Below are positions 47,241-57,616 of a stretch of DNA of 64,000 nt, one piece after another (the stretch's first letter is position 1; every line of letters begins with the position of its first letter). The position numbers and the translations under genes were made by a program. Origin of the DNA: Candidatus Magasanikbacteria bacterium CG11_big_fil_rev_8_21_14_0_20_39_34 (GTDB lineage Bacteria; Patescibacteriota; Patescibacteriia; Magasanikbacterales; UBA922); contig PCWN01000007.1 of NCBI GenBank assembly GCA_002787355.1, forward strand, positions 315,552 through 379,551. The letters run 5' to 3'. The notes beneath the pieces are model-generated. The model was not told the origin of the DNA. It saw nothing but the letters and a program-made list of their open reading frames with translations, and ran no database searches.

Positions 47241-49025
47241 TTATTCTCGTGTAGGAGGAATCCTATAGTATTTAAGCATAAAATCGGCTAATTTGCTAAA
47301 AACCGGTGCAGAGGTATTGGAGGAGTACGCTCTTTCCGGTTTTTCAAATTTTACTAAAATCACAAACTTTGGATTATCAACCGGACCAAATCCTAAAAAG
47401 GTGTGGTTCGTCTCATCCGTATATCCACCGGGACCAGCAATCTGTGCCGTACCGGTTTTACCAGCAACATAATATCCATGCACTTGTGCTGCTGTCGCAT
47501 GTCCTTTGTCTACCACACTCACCAACATTCCACTTATAAGAGAAGCCGTTCTTCTATCTAATATTCTTTCTATAACTTCACGTTTGGTTTTTTCTCGTTT
47601 TCCATTTGGGTAGCGAACCTCCTGTACAATATATGGTCGTAATAACTCTCCACCATTTGCCAAGACGGAAAAAGCAGATACCATCTGTAATGGAGTGACC
47701 GTTATACCCTGTCCAAAAGATGCCGTTGCCGTATAACAATCAATTTTGTCACCGGAATTTTTATATAGGGAATCAATAGTACCGGCGCTTTCCGTATCGA
47801 GACGAATTCCTGTTTTTAAACCGAAACCATATTTTTCAACATATTGAGTAAATTTCATCTTTCCCAACTTTGTTGCCACATACACCATACCGGTATTGAT
47901 AGAATTATCTAAAATACCCGTCATGTCAGTATCCTCGTATTTTTTTCCGTCTGCATTTTGAATTTTTTTCTGACAACTTGCATCTACACTCCCACTATCA
48001 AAAAAATAAGAATTTGGTTCAACCAAACCTTCATTTATGGCTGCTGCCATAATAAGCGGCTTAAATACCGAACCCGGTTCATAGGGAGTAAATATCGCAG
48101 AGTTATTAAAAACTGAAGAGTCTTCAACACGGTTATATTCATTGGGATCAAACTCTGGAAGCGAGCACATACTCAAAATTGCTCCAGTACCTGGATCCAT
48201 AGCAATGAGAGTAGCACTTTTGGCATTATATTCCTTCATCGCATCCGTAAGTCTACTGCATAAGCCATATTGGAGCGCTCTATCAATGGTCAGTAAAAGA
48301 TCCGCACCATCTTCTGCAGGTTGCAATGAAAGATGTGCAAAAGCAATTAAACCTCCAGAACCACTTCGTGTTCCTTCCAAAAATCCACCGGAACCAGCTA
48401 ATATCTTTTGCCAATATCCCTCCAAACCATAACGCCCAACATCTAAACCTTCACTATTTTTTCCAAGAAATCCTACAACTGAAGATGCGAGTTGCTTTTC
48501 GGGGTAATACCTATAGGGAAGACGTGTATAATATATCCCTTCTAAATTTTCTGCCTTTATCAAATCTATCAAAGATTCATCTACTTTTGATTCTATGGGT
48601 TCATAGGGATCATTTCTTTTATTGAGTTTTAAAAAAAGCGCTAATTTTTTTTCATCATCATAATGCAGTATTTCAGAAAGTTTTTCTGCATCTGTATTTG
48701 CCTGATCATCAGTCAAAATTTCCCTTGTATTTGCGTACAACGTAAAATAATTCTTATTCATGGCCAAAGGAAATTCCTCACCAGTACGCGTATCCTGTAT
48801 AAATATATTTCCTCTTTTAGGAAAAAGTTGAGAATATATTTCATGGGAACCAATGGCTAACTGATTATAAAAATCATGCTCCAAAATCATAAGCACAAAC
48901 AGACGCACACAGACCACAAAAAAAGCACCCGCAACAGCAATCGCAACAACACGAAGACGAAGGTCGTTGCGACGACCTTCGTTGAGTTTCATTTTTTCCT
49001 TCCGTATTGTCTGTGTAAGGAGCAT
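47241..49025 (-). CDS. ftsI: Penicillin-binding protein (class B transpeptidase, FtsI/PBP2-like)
   Basis: N-terminal TM. SxxK (SVFK), SxN (SIN) and KTG(T) (KTGTAQ) motifs. Confidence 0.85.
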   Translation of the reverse strand: MLLTQTIRKEKMKLNEGRRNDLRLRVVAIAVAGAFFVVCVRLFVLMILEHDFYNQLAIGSHEIYSQLFPKRGNIFIQDTRTGEEFPLAMNKNYFTLYANTREILTDDQANTDAEKLSEILHYDDEKKLALFLKLNKRNDPYEPIESKVDESLIDLIKAENLEGIYYTRLPYRYYPEKQLASSVVGFLGKNSEGLDVGRYGLEGYWQKILAGSGGFLEGTRSGSGGLIAFAHLSLQPAEDGADLLLTIDRALQYGLCSRLTDAMKEYNAKSATLIAMDPGTGAILSMCSLPEFDPNEYNRVEDSSVFNNSAIFTPYEPGSVFKPLIMAAAINEGLVEPNSYFFDSGSVDASCQKKIQNADGKKYEDTDMTGILDNSINTGMVYVATKLGKMKFTQYVEKYGFGLKTGIRLDTESAGTIDSLYKNSGDKIDCYTATASFGQGITVTPLQMVSAFSVLANGGELLRPYIVQEVRYPNGKREKTKREVIERILDRRTASLISGMLVSVVDKGHATAAQVHGYYVAGKTGTAQIAGPGGYTDETNHTFLGFGPVDNPKFVILVKFEKPERAYSSNTSAPVFSKLADFMLKYYRIPPTRE

Positions 49026-49048
49026 AAAAAAACTTGAAAATGATGCTT

Positions 49049-50083
49049 CTATATTTTTCGTTGTCTTCCCACACGCTTCTCTGCTACATCTTCTTCTATC
49101 AAATCACTCTTTAATAAAGCTTTAACCGCATTTTCCATGGTGACCATTCCCTCTTTCATACCAGTCTGCATGGCACTTTCAATTTGTGCAATATTATTTT
49201 CACGAATAAGATTAGAAACTGCAGGAGTATTTACTAAAATTTCTCGAGCTGCCACACGTTTTCCATCTTTTCCTGGTAAAAGTTGTTGCGCAATTACTCC
49301 TCGCAATACTGCACCCAACTGAATAAGCACCTGCTTTTGTTTGGCACCATCAAAGACATCTACAATACGCTCAACCGCCTCAGCTGCAGATGATGTATGC
49401 AAAGTTGAAAATACAAGGTGTCCGGTTTCCGCTGCAGTGAGTACAGTTGCAATGGTCTCTGGATCTCGCATTTCTCCAACCAAAATAACATTGGGATCCT
49501 GACGTAAAACATGCTTAAGTGCGGCAGAAAAAGATTTGGTGTCCTCACCAATTTCTCTTTGTTCAATAAGTGACTCTTTATTTTCAAAGACAAACTCAAT
49601 TGGATCTTCTACCGTAATAATATGCGCCTTTCTTTTTTGATTAATTTGCTCAATCATACATGCCAATGTCGTTGATTTTCCATTTCCCGTTGGACCAACG
49701 ACAAGTACTAAGCCATCTAAAAGTTCTGTAAAATGATAAAGTGGTTCCTCAAAACCCAATTCCTCTGGAGTGGGAATATTCTCAGGAATAAGACGCGCTG
49801 CCATACCCAACACCCCTTTTTGTTTATGCAAGTTTACACGAAAACGAACATTTTCTTGTTCATAGGAAAAATCTAATTCAAAGCTTTCCTGAAAACGTTT
49901 TTTTTGATCAGCATTCAGAAGAGACATAATAGCAACCTCTAAATCCTTCGCTGAGAGAGCACCACCTTCTAACTCTACCAGATTTCCATCAATTCGGAGC
50001 ATGGGAACTTCTTCGGCAACAAGATGCAAATCAGATGCACCATTTTCAATTGCAGACTTAAAATATGCTTTTATTTGTTTCAT
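49049..50083 (-). CDS. pilT: Type IV pilus retraction ATPase PilT
   Basis: SDLHLVAEEVPMLRIDG, Walker A GPTGNGKSTT and the Asp box ITVEDPIEF. Its size is 344 aa. Confidence 0.85.
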   Translation of the reverse strand: MKQIKAYFKSAIENGASDLHLVAEEVPMLRIDGNLVELEGGALSAKDLEVAIMSLLNADQKKRFQESFELDFSYEQENVRFRVNLHKQKGVLGMAARLIPENIPTPEELGFEEPLYHFTELLDGLVLVVGPTGNGKSTTLACMIEQINQKRKAHIITVEDPIEFVFENKESLIEQREIGEDTKSFSAALKHVLRQDPNVILVGEMRDPETIATVLTAAETGHLVFSTLHTSSAAEAVERIVDVFDGAKQKQVLIQLGAVLRGVIAQQLLPGKDGKRVAAREILVNTPAVSNLIRENNIAQIESAMQTGMKEGMVTMENAVKALLKSDLIEEDVAEKRVGRQRKI

Positions 50084-50095
50084 AAAATTTTTTTC

Positions 50096-50425
50096 CTATT
50101 GCTTTTTTAACTTTTGAATTTCCTTTTGGAATGTTCCCCATTGTGAACTGACTAACTTCACAATCATGTTTTTTACCGAAACAGCCCACTTGTGTTCTTT
50201 CGCAAATTTTTCTACTACCTCACGAACTTCACATACAAATTCTTGTTTACCCATTTTTTTCCATGCATCGGATTTCAAAATTTTTGATTGCACCTCTTCA
50301 TAAATGTCACTTGAAAAATCAAGCATTTGATCTCTTGTCTCACGTCCCTTTTTGGTGGTACTCATCCAAGTCATGGACGCACCCAAAAGAGCTCCTAAAA
50401 ACAGTCCTTTTTTAAATTTTCCCAT
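50096..50425 (-). CDS. YtxH-like small protein
   Basis: N-terminal glycine-zipper hydrophobic segment (GLFLGALLGASM) followed by an amphipathic helix. Confidence 0.4.
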   Translation of the reverse strand: MGKFKKGLFLGALLGASMTWMSTTKKGRETRDQMLDFSSDIYEEVQSKILKSDAWKKMGKQEFVCEVREVVEKFAKEHKWAVSVKNMIVKLVSSQWGTFQKEIQKLKKQ

Positions 50426-50487
50426 ATTTTTTTGGCTAATGATAAATGTTTTTTTATTTTTTCTACTTCTCTCTAGTATAACAAAAT

Positions 50488-51639
50488 TTATACCTTCCTC
50501 ACAAGTTTTTCATACTCTTGCTGAAACCTGCCGGCTATATGCTCCCAACTAAACTTGTCCTCTGCAAGTTCCCGTACACGTCTTGCCCACAAGCCTTTTG
50601 TGGTAATATTTTCCTGGAAGTAATCCGCTATTGCACTTGCCAACTCCAGCTCATGAGCAGCAGGAACAACCACTCCCCCCTGATTGGCAATACTCCGTAC
50701 TCCCGGGAGGTCACTGGCTACAACAGGAACTCCTGATGCAAAACTCTCCAAAAGAACCATTCCAAAAGCCTCTGAGATGTCAATTGATGGGAGAACAAAG
50801 AGGTCTGCCAGCCTATAATAGGATGGAAGCTGCTCTGCAGAAACTTTTCCCACAAAACGCACCCATGTTTTTAAAAACAATGCACCACACACCCTTTCAT
50901 ACTCACCCTTCATATCTCCATCTCCCACAAATATGGCTTGAAAAGGAACTCTTTTTTTTTTCAAAAGAGACAATGCCCGTAAAAGGACTGGTATTCCCTT
51001 GAAATAATGTGCCCTATCCATTCCCCCAACAAAAAGAACCGTTGGGATATCTCTTTGAAGCCCAAGTTCATCCAATAAAGCACTTTCTTTTTCTCCTGGA
51101 AAAAATCTGTGTATATCCACACCAAAGGGAATTTCAATCCATTTTTCCTTATTTTCTTTATAAATTTTTTCTGCACCACTTTGGAGAAGGTAGTCAAATG
51201 AAGCAGATACTAAAAGATCCGCACTTCTGAGAACCCGCGGCATGTAATACTTTGCATACATCTGAAAAAGAAGCCCCTTCCAACCCGAACCACGTGGATC
51301 CATGTGATAGGTAATCACCAAAGGAATCTTTGGGTTGTCTTTCTTGAAACGATAAACCATGCCTGCAGTACCAAAAAAAGGATAGTGCAAGTGCACCAAA
51401 TCATACCCGGAGAGGATACTTTTCACCTGAGGCAAAACAGCTGCATTTCCATAGGAAAATCGAGGATCAAGACGCCTCACATATTCCATTTTCTCTGAAT
51501 CGGTATCTTTTTGATACTGTGGGGTAATCACTTCTACATCATGTCCCAAATCAATCAATCCTTTTGAAAGTTCATAGACAGAATTCCCCATGCCTCCATA
51601 ATAGGGTGGAAAAGTACAAACAATCTGTGCTATCTTCAT
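50488..51639 (-). CDS. Glycosyltransferase family 4
   Basis: MKIAQIVCTFPPYYGGMGN. A C-terminal FVLPSIDISEAFGMVLLESFASGVPVVASD motif. Confidence 0.75.
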   Translation of the reverse strand: MKIAQIVCTFPPYYGGMGNSVYELSKGLIDLGHDVEVITPQYQKDTDSEKMEYVRRLDPRFSYGNAAVLPQVKSILSGYDLVHLHYPFFGTAGMVYRFKKDNPKIPLVITYHMDPRGSGWKGLLFQMYAKYYMPRVLRSADLLVSASFDYLLQSGAEKIYKENKEKWIEIPFGVDIHRFFPGEKESALLDELGLQRDIPTVLFVGGMDRAHYFKGIPVLLRALSLLKKKRVPFQAIFVGDGDMKGEYERVCGALFLKTWVRFVGKVSAEQLPSYYRLADLFVLPSIDISEAFGMVLLESFASGVPVVASDLPGVRSIANQGGVVVPAAHELELASAIADYFQENITTKGLWARRVRELAEDKFSWEHIAGRFQQEYEKLVRKV

Positions 51640-51652
51640 AATTTTTTGTTTT

Positions 51653-51982
51653 TCAGGATTTTTCTTGCAGGGAGTCGCGTCGAACAATCTTTGTAATATT
51701 TTTATTCATGTTTTCAATTTTTATATGCAAACGAAAAAGGAGAAAAAATAAAAGCGCAACAGAAATATACAATACAAAATCACTTCCACGACCAATCCCA
51801 AAAGTATCTGCCAACATCTGTACCGTCGTAGGCCATAATACTACCACAATAACGGCGCACCAAAAAAAGGACCAAAACAAAGCTCCGAGAAGACCCAAGC
51901 TTCCCCCCTTTTTTCTTTGAAAGATCCCAAAGATGTTATAAAGGGAAAAAACGATAAAAAGCAATTTAAAGACGATAAGCAT
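51653..51982 (-). CDS. DUF2304-like small membrane protein (GT2 partner)
   Basis: 109 aa with 3 TM, translationally coupled to the upstream GT2. Confidence 0.45.
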   Translation of the reverse strand: MLIVFKLLFIVFSLYNIFGIFQRKKGGSLGLLGALFWSFFWCAVIVVVLWPTTVQMLADTFGIGRGSDFVLYISVALLFFLLFRLHIKIENMNKNITKIVRRDSLQEKS

Positions 51983-51997
51983 AAAGAGATATTAGAA

Positions 51998-52660
51998 CTA
52001 TTTATGAAGAAAGAAGCCTAAAATAAGGTCTTTTACCACATTTATCCCCCCAAAAAGATTTTGTCCATATTCATGATACGTCACTTTTACCGGAAATTCA
52101 ATGTATGTCAACTTATTTTTCTTCACTAATCGGGGAATCTCCGTAGCATGTGCCATTCCCTCATGTGTGATGACAATTGAACGAAGAGCTCGCTTGGAAA
52201 GAATACGAAACCCATTATGTGCGTCCGTGAGCTTTAACCCACCAAATAAAAAATCCACCACTCGAGATATGGGGGATAATATATATCTTTTCGTAAACGG
52301 AATATTAGAACGATTGTCTAGATAACGTGAACCCACCAAAATATCTGCCTTTGATTCTTGAAGTGCGTGAAAGGCAGGAACAATATCTTGAATATCAAAC
52401 TGAAGATCTGCATCAAAATGCAATACATAGTCTGCACCTATTTTTCTGGCATATTCGTGACCGGTTTCTAGCGCCGCTCCCTGTCCCCTATTAATTTTGT
52501 GGGATAAAACCACAGCTCCTGCCTGTTTTGCTTTTTGTGCCGTAGCATCAGTTGATCCATCATCTACCACAATCACTGAATCAACGCATGATAAAAGTTC
52601 TTTTACAACACGCTCTATGGTACGCCCTTCATTGTATGCCGGCACAATAGCTACAAACAT
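51998..52660 (-). CDS. Family-2 glycosyltransferase (polyprenol-phosphate sugar synthase-like)
   Basis: IVPAYNEGRTI, VVDDGSTDAT and a DAD motif (HFDADLQFD). Confidence 0.75.
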   Translation of the reverse strand: MFVAIVPAYNEGRTIERVVKELLSCVDSVIVVDDGSTDATAQKAKQAGAVVLSHKINRGQGAALETGHEYARKIGADYVLHFDADLQFDIQDIVPAFHALQESKADILVGSRYLDNRSNIPFTKRYILSPISRVVDFLFGGLKLTDAHNGFRILSKRALRSIVITHEGMAHATEIPRLVKKNKLTYIEFPVKVTYHEYGQNLFGGINVVKDLILGFFLHK

Positions 52661-52680
52661 ATCTCCCTTTTTTATTTTCT

Positions 52681-53712
52681 TCAGGAATAATTTCCACCAA
52701 ATCGTAACATTTCTTTACTCGCGATAGTGTAATCAATGGTCTGTTGCAAACCATCTGAAAGTCGTATGAGTGGAAGCCAACCCAATATTTCCTTTGCTCT
52801 TTGCAAATCAGGCATACCTTTCTTTGTAAGGAAGGCAAGTGGTTGTTCAAAACGGACCTGAGATAGAGAACCTGTCATTTCAATAATTTTATGGGCAACA
52901 TCCACCATTTTTACTTTTTCATCTGATCCTATATTTACCAATGATACATTTGGACCACTACGCATAAGCCGAATAAGTCCATCAATCATATCACTTACAT
53001 AACACAAGGATTGTTCCAAGTCCTCATCTCCATATATCACAACATCCTTCCCATCTATGGCACTGATGATAAAATCAGGAATAAGAAGTCCATCATCCAG
53101 TCTCATACGCGGCCCATAGGTAGAAAAAATTCGCGCAATCTTTGCGTCTACATTATATACTTGCCTATAGGTATCTACACACGTTTCAGCAAAACGTTTC
53201 CCTTCATCATAACAAGATCGTGGGGCAAGATGATTTACTTTTCCTTCATCATCTTCTTTAAAGAAAACATGATCCTCAGATACAGACCCATATACAACAG
53301 AACTGGAAGCAAAGACATATTTTGCACGATATTTTACCGAAAGATCCAAAGTATTCAACATTGCTTTTGAATTGGCCCACAAAGAATGAATTTTGAGATG
53401 CTCAAAATTTTTCGGACTCGTAGGACAGGCAAGATGATAAATTTCTTGCACCCCCTGGAACTGTACTTTAAACTTATCCAGCTCCTCAAAAGAAGAAAGA
53501 TCTATAGGACTGGTGACATCATAACGAATAAACTCAAAATTTGGGTACTGCAAAAGATGATCAATATTTTGTATGCTTGAATTGGAAAAATCATCCATAC
53601 AAATAACGTTGGCATCAGCAAGAAGCTTCTCACACAGATGCGAGCCTAAAAACCCCGCTCCTCCGGTTACCAACACGTTCTTTTTTTCAAAAATGGGTGT
53701 TTCGTACATCAT
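52681..53712 (-). CDS. UDP-glucuronate decarboxylase (UXS/ArnA-type extended SDR)
   Basis: VTGGAGFLGSHL and the signature SCYDEGKRFAE. Confidence 0.7.
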   Translation of the reverse strand: MMYETPIFEKKNVLVTGGAGFLGSHLCEKLLADANVICMDDFSNSSIQNIDHLLQYPNFEFIRYDVTSPIDLSSFEELDKFKVQFQGVQEIYHLACPTSPKNFEHLKIHSLWANSKAMLNTLDLSVKYRAKYVFASSSVVYGSVSEDHVFFKEDDEGKVNHLAPRSCYDEGKRFAETCVDTYRQVYNVDAKIARIFSTYGPRMRLDDGLLIPDFIISAIDGKDVVIYGDEDLEQSLCYVSDMIDGLIRLMRSGPNVSLVNIGSDEKVKMVDVAHKIIEMTGSLSQVRFEQPLAFLTKKGMPDLQRAKEILGWLPLIRLSDGLQQTIDYTIASKEMLRFGGNYS

Positions 53713-53776
53713 ATGTATTCAAAATCTTTCTAAAAAGGGATCCCCCTTCATAAATAATAGCAAAAAAATGCTTTTT

Positions 53777-55783
53777 TTACAACGCGTAAATTCGGATGAA
53801 ATGATCTTGATTATCAAAGAAAGAAAATTCATCGGTCTTTTTTCCATCAAGTGTATATACTCTTCCGGGAAATTGTGCCGAATCAAAATAGGTAAGAAGC
53901 TTTATATCATTTCCTGATTGGGATAAATCTATTTCCAACCTTAATTCCCCTTCTCCAAGATGTGAAAAAGGGAAAAATCCACCACTTTTATTTCCAGTGG
54001 CATCATAACTGGCAATATAGGGAAGATTTCCAATTGTGCCCGAGACAAAAAACTTTTTCTGAAAATCATCAGTGACTACAAAATCTGAAACGGAAGAAAG
54101 TGAAGAAAGCAAGATTGTATTCTTTAACGTAAATTCATCTGAAAAAGTTTGGATGGAAAAGTCTCCATTTTTTTTCTCTTCCAGAATAGCGATTAAACCT
54201 TTTTGTTCATATAACGAGATGCCCTTGACCTGTGAATTAAGTGTGAAAGATCCTTCTAAAATGCCGTTAAGCTTGTACTTTCTCACTTCAAAACTTCCAT
54301 CTTCTAACTCTACCAAAAGAATGAGGTCTTGTGGATCAGAAATCACCAGTGTATCGACTACTCGACGTGCACGTACAGAAAATCTACGTATTCTTTCTCC
54401 TTTTTGATTATATTCAAAAATTCTATGGTAACCATCTGTTCCCTCAGATGTCCCAATAAAATTCACTCCATCCAAAGTCTTATATGGGAGAACATTACTC
54501 ATTCCCTTCCAAAAAGATTGAAGTTCGGAAAAACTATCCTTTTGAACCGGATTTTTGTAGCGAGCGGTAAAAAGTCCTCCCTCAAGTCCAAAGGCAACAT
54601 AACCAAGATCTTGTTCATATAAATGAGCTGATGCCTTTAATGCATAGTTCACCGCAGCACGCACTTGTAATAACCCAGCACCATAGAGCTGTCTATAGGC
54701 ATCTTCATCTTTGGGAGGAGTCTTGGAAACCGATTCAAGTAAAGCTCTATTAATCTCACGAGCACCCCAAGAAGGTTGGATAGATTTTATAAGCGCTGCT
54801 GCCCCGCTTACATGTGGAGCAGCAAAAGAAGTCCCTGAAAAAGATCCGCCATAATGTTTTTCGAGTTGTAGCTCTGGAGCATAAAAAAGAAGACCATTAA
54901 TATCTACTCCAGGCGCTGCAATATCTATACAATCATCTCCAGCATTAGAAAAACTTGCAAAATATCGTGAGGGTTCAATAGCACTTACTCCAATTACCTT
55001 TACTTCAGATTCTCCTTCATCACTACACACAGGATACCTCGGTGATTCATTCAGATTCACACGATCATTTCCAGCAGCCGCTACAATAACGACCCCACGG
55101 GAATATGCATAGTCTATAGCTACTTTCAGTTCAGGGATAGATTCAAAACCTACCAAGGAAATGTTAATAACATCAGCACCATTGTCTGTCGCATAATAAA
55201 TAGCACGCACAAGTGGCTCCATTTCCCCTTCTCCATGAGAGTCAACTGCACGTATATTCATAAGGCGTACCTTCCAGTTCATTCCTGCCATATCCAGTCC
55301 ATTGTTCCCTACCGCTCCAATGATACTCGCGACAACGGTAGCATGATGAACCGTTCCTTGTTCTCTTTCTAAATCCGTAATATTGGAAGGGTCCGGTCGA
55401 GGGTTGTTATTTCCAAAATTTTCCTGTTCATCAACAGTACCATCATCATTAAAATCCGTTGGAACAAAATTCCACCCCCATACGTCATCTATATAGCCAT
55501 TGTGGTCATCATCTATTCCATTATCCGGGATTTCCCCTTCATTTTTCCAAACATTATCACGAAGATCCCGATGAAGCATGTCAAAACCATTATCAATTAT
55601 GGCAACCACCACGTCACGAGATCCAGTTGCCTCATCCCAAGCATCGTAAACGTGAACCATATTATAGTTCCATTGTCTTGCATAGGAATCATTGCTTGAT
55701 GCAGCCAAAATAGGTTGAGCGCATGAAATACCCAAAATCACAAGGGAATAAAATAATTTTTGAAATAATGATTTTTTTCGCAT
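53777..55783 (-). CDS. Secreted subtilisin-like serine peptidase (S8) with long C-terminal beta-rich extension
   Basis: Signal peptide. Asp in AIIDNGFD, His in VHHATVVASIIGA, Ser in GTSFAAPHVSGAAALI. Confidence 0.8.
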   Translation of the reverse strand: MRKKSLFQKLFYSLVILGISCAQPILAASSNDSYARQWNYNMVHVYDAWDEATGSRDVVVAIIDNGFDMLHRDLRDNVWKNEGEIPDNGIDDDHNGYIDDVWGWNFVPTDFNDDGTVDEQENFGNNNPRPDPSNITDLEREQGTVHHATVVASIIGAVGNNGLDMAGMNWKVRLMNIRAVDSHGEGEMEPLVRAIYYATDNGADVINISLVGFESIPELKVAIDYAYSRGVVIVAAAGNDRVNLNESPRYPVCSDEGESEVKVIGVSAIEPSRYFASFSNAGDDCIDIAAPGVDINGLLFYAPELQLEKHYGGSFSGTSFAAPHVSGAAALIKSIQPSWGAREINRALLESVSKTPPKDEDAYRQLYGAGLLQVRAAVNYALKASAHLYEQDLGYVAFGLEGGLFTARYKNPVQKDSFSELQSFWKGMSNVLPYKTLDGVNFIGTSEGTDGYHRIFEYNQKGERIRRFSVRARRVVDTLVISDPQDLILLVELEDGSFEVRKYKLNGILEGSFTLNSQVKGISLYEQKGLIAILEEKKNGDFSIQTFSDEFTLKNTILLSSLSSVSDFVVTDDFQKKFFVSGTIGNLPYIASYDATGNKSGGFFPFSHLGEGELRLEIDLSQSGNDIKLLTYFDSAQFPGRVYTLDGKKTDEFSFFDNQDHFIRIYAL

Positions 55784-55786
55784 ATA

Positions 55787-57571
55787 TCAAAGTGGGATGA
55801 TAGTGCCACCAACACGCCTTGTTGGAAAGCTACTATCTTTGGATGATGCCGTCTTCTTAACACTTTGTGGAAGGGTATATGCAGGGTGAATGATAAAATA
55901 TTTTTGAGCCCCCTTTGCCACTGATGAATTTACCTTGTCCACCAAAGCACCCTTAGGAAATTCAAACGCTTCATCTGGAAGAGTTGTAATGCTTTGAGAG
56001 CCCACGGGTGAACGTCCTTGAAGAATTTCCTTGGCGTCATCAACACCATCAAAGTCTGTGTCTTTTGAAATTGGATTACTCAGCCAAACAAAAATTTCCT
56101 CGTAGTCACTGAGGGTGTCCCCGTCTGAATCAGCATTACTATCCAGTGATCCATACTCTTGCTCTACTGATAATTCCACTCCATCGTGATCTCGATCCAC
56201 AATATTTTCATCATTGTTTTGAATGCTTTGGCTTTCCATAACATAAAATGCTTTCAATTCATTGGGCAAACGAAGAATCCGCTCATTCCAGAGATCCCCA
56301 TATACAAGACGCGCTTCAACGGCAGAGCGGATTTGACGTAGGACACATCCAGGCTCTACAGCATACACGTTTGTATCCCCTGAAAATTGAATCAGAAATG
56401 TTCCCGGACGAACACAGACGGGATCACCAACCGGATACTGAGACAGTTTTATATCACTCACAAAGTTTACACTAGAAAAATCTGCATACCAAGAATGATA
56501 AATTGACATTTGTGAAAATGGATGAATTTTATCATCAAAACCCAAATAGTAAATTCCAGAACCAGGACTCTTTAGGAGTGTTCCCCCCTTAAGACCTCCT
56601 TCCTTTGGTATATAATTGATAGTATCCACAACATTACCTTCTCTCCCCTGTGAATCAAGATAGTAAACATAAACTGTCTTTCTTCCCTTCCCATCTGAAA
56701 GAATCCACGGAATTTCCTTTTGGACTGGGACAAAATCAATAGCATCAAGCACACTCTTTGAATTACTGTTGCTTACTTTTATTCCTTCTACTCCGTCTGT
56801 ATTACTCAATTGGAGTAATACAGACCGACTGGAAGTATCACCCGTTCCAGAATTAATATTCATTTTCATATCTACCAATGAAACCGGTTCAAATTTTATG
56901 ATATCACTATACACTTTTCCTTCTTGCAAAAGCTCATCACGAAACTGGACATACACGGTTTTCTCAATACCTTCATCAAAACCAAGATTCCATTTCAAAC
57001 TGGATTTATATGGACGCCACCCAACTCTTTCTAAACCATTCAAAGAATTTGCAATACGCATATCCTTCATCCCCTTTGGCTTGGTAATGTAGAGGGTTAC
57101 TTGGCGGTATTTTGTACTCGCTTGTGAGCCATTAATACGAATATAGGTTTTATTTTTTTCTGCTTCGGTCTCTTCCCGTAAAATAATGCTATCACTATAA
57201 ATAAGACTATTTACATTTTCCTTATCGCGAAACTGAACATAAACGGTTTTTTCTTCATAACTAAATGGGAGTGTCCAATTTACACGAGAAGTATAACTTC
57301 TCCATGTGGCATGCAAGAGATCATCCAAGTCATTTCCAATACGCATTTGTACCGCTCCGGTAGGTCTACTTATACTCAAAACTACATGTTTACTCGTGGT
57401 GTATGTAGCACCTCCATCAATAGAGAGGTATTTACTTCGCAGATATTCTGAAAAAGCCTTTCCCGGAGAAAGAATCAGCAAAAGAAACAAAATGGTAGTG
57501 CTCCAAAGAAAAGCACGCCGTGAAACTTGAAATTTGGCCATAATTATGATTAAATAAAGCAAGAATTTCAT
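55787..57571 (-). CDS. Secreted repeat protein with C-terminal thrombospondin-type-3-like Ca-binding Asp-rich repeats
   Basis: An N-terminal hydrophobic anchor. About four tandem ~100-aa domains (a recurring TVYVQFRD motif). C-terminal DxDxDG-type repeats. Confidence 0.5.
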   Translation of the reverse strand: MKFLLYLIIIMAKFQVSRRAFLWSTTILFLLLILSPGKAFSEYLRSKYLSIDGGATYTTSKHVVLSISRPTGAVQMRIGNDLDDLLHATWRSYTSRVNWTLPFSYEEKTVYVQFRDKENVNSLIYSDSIILREETEAEKNKTYIRINGSQASTKYRQVTLYITKPKGMKDMRIANSLNGLERVGWRPYKSSLKWNLGFDEGIEKTVYVQFRDELLQEGKVYSDIIKFEPVSLVDMKMNINSGTGDTSSRSVLLQLSNTDGVEGIKVSNSNSKSVLDAIDFVPVQKEIPWILSDGKGRKTVYVYYLDSQGREGNVVDTINYIPKEGGLKGGTLLKSPGSGIYYLGFDDKIHPFSQMSIYHSWYADFSSVNFVSDIKLSQYPVGDPVCVRPGTFLIQFSGDTNVYAVEPGCVLRQIRSAVEARLVYGDLWNERILRLPNELKAFYVMESQSIQNNDENIVDRDHDGVELSVEQEYGSLDSNADSDGDTLSDYEEIFVWLSNPISKDTDFDGVDDAKEILQGRSPVGSQSITTLPDEAFEFPKGALVDKVNSSVAKGAQKYFIIHPAYTLPQSVKKTASSKDSSFPTRRVGGTIIPL

Positions 57572-57616
57572 CTCTAGTATACCACACACTGCTAAAGAAC
57601 AAAATGGACCTTTTTT

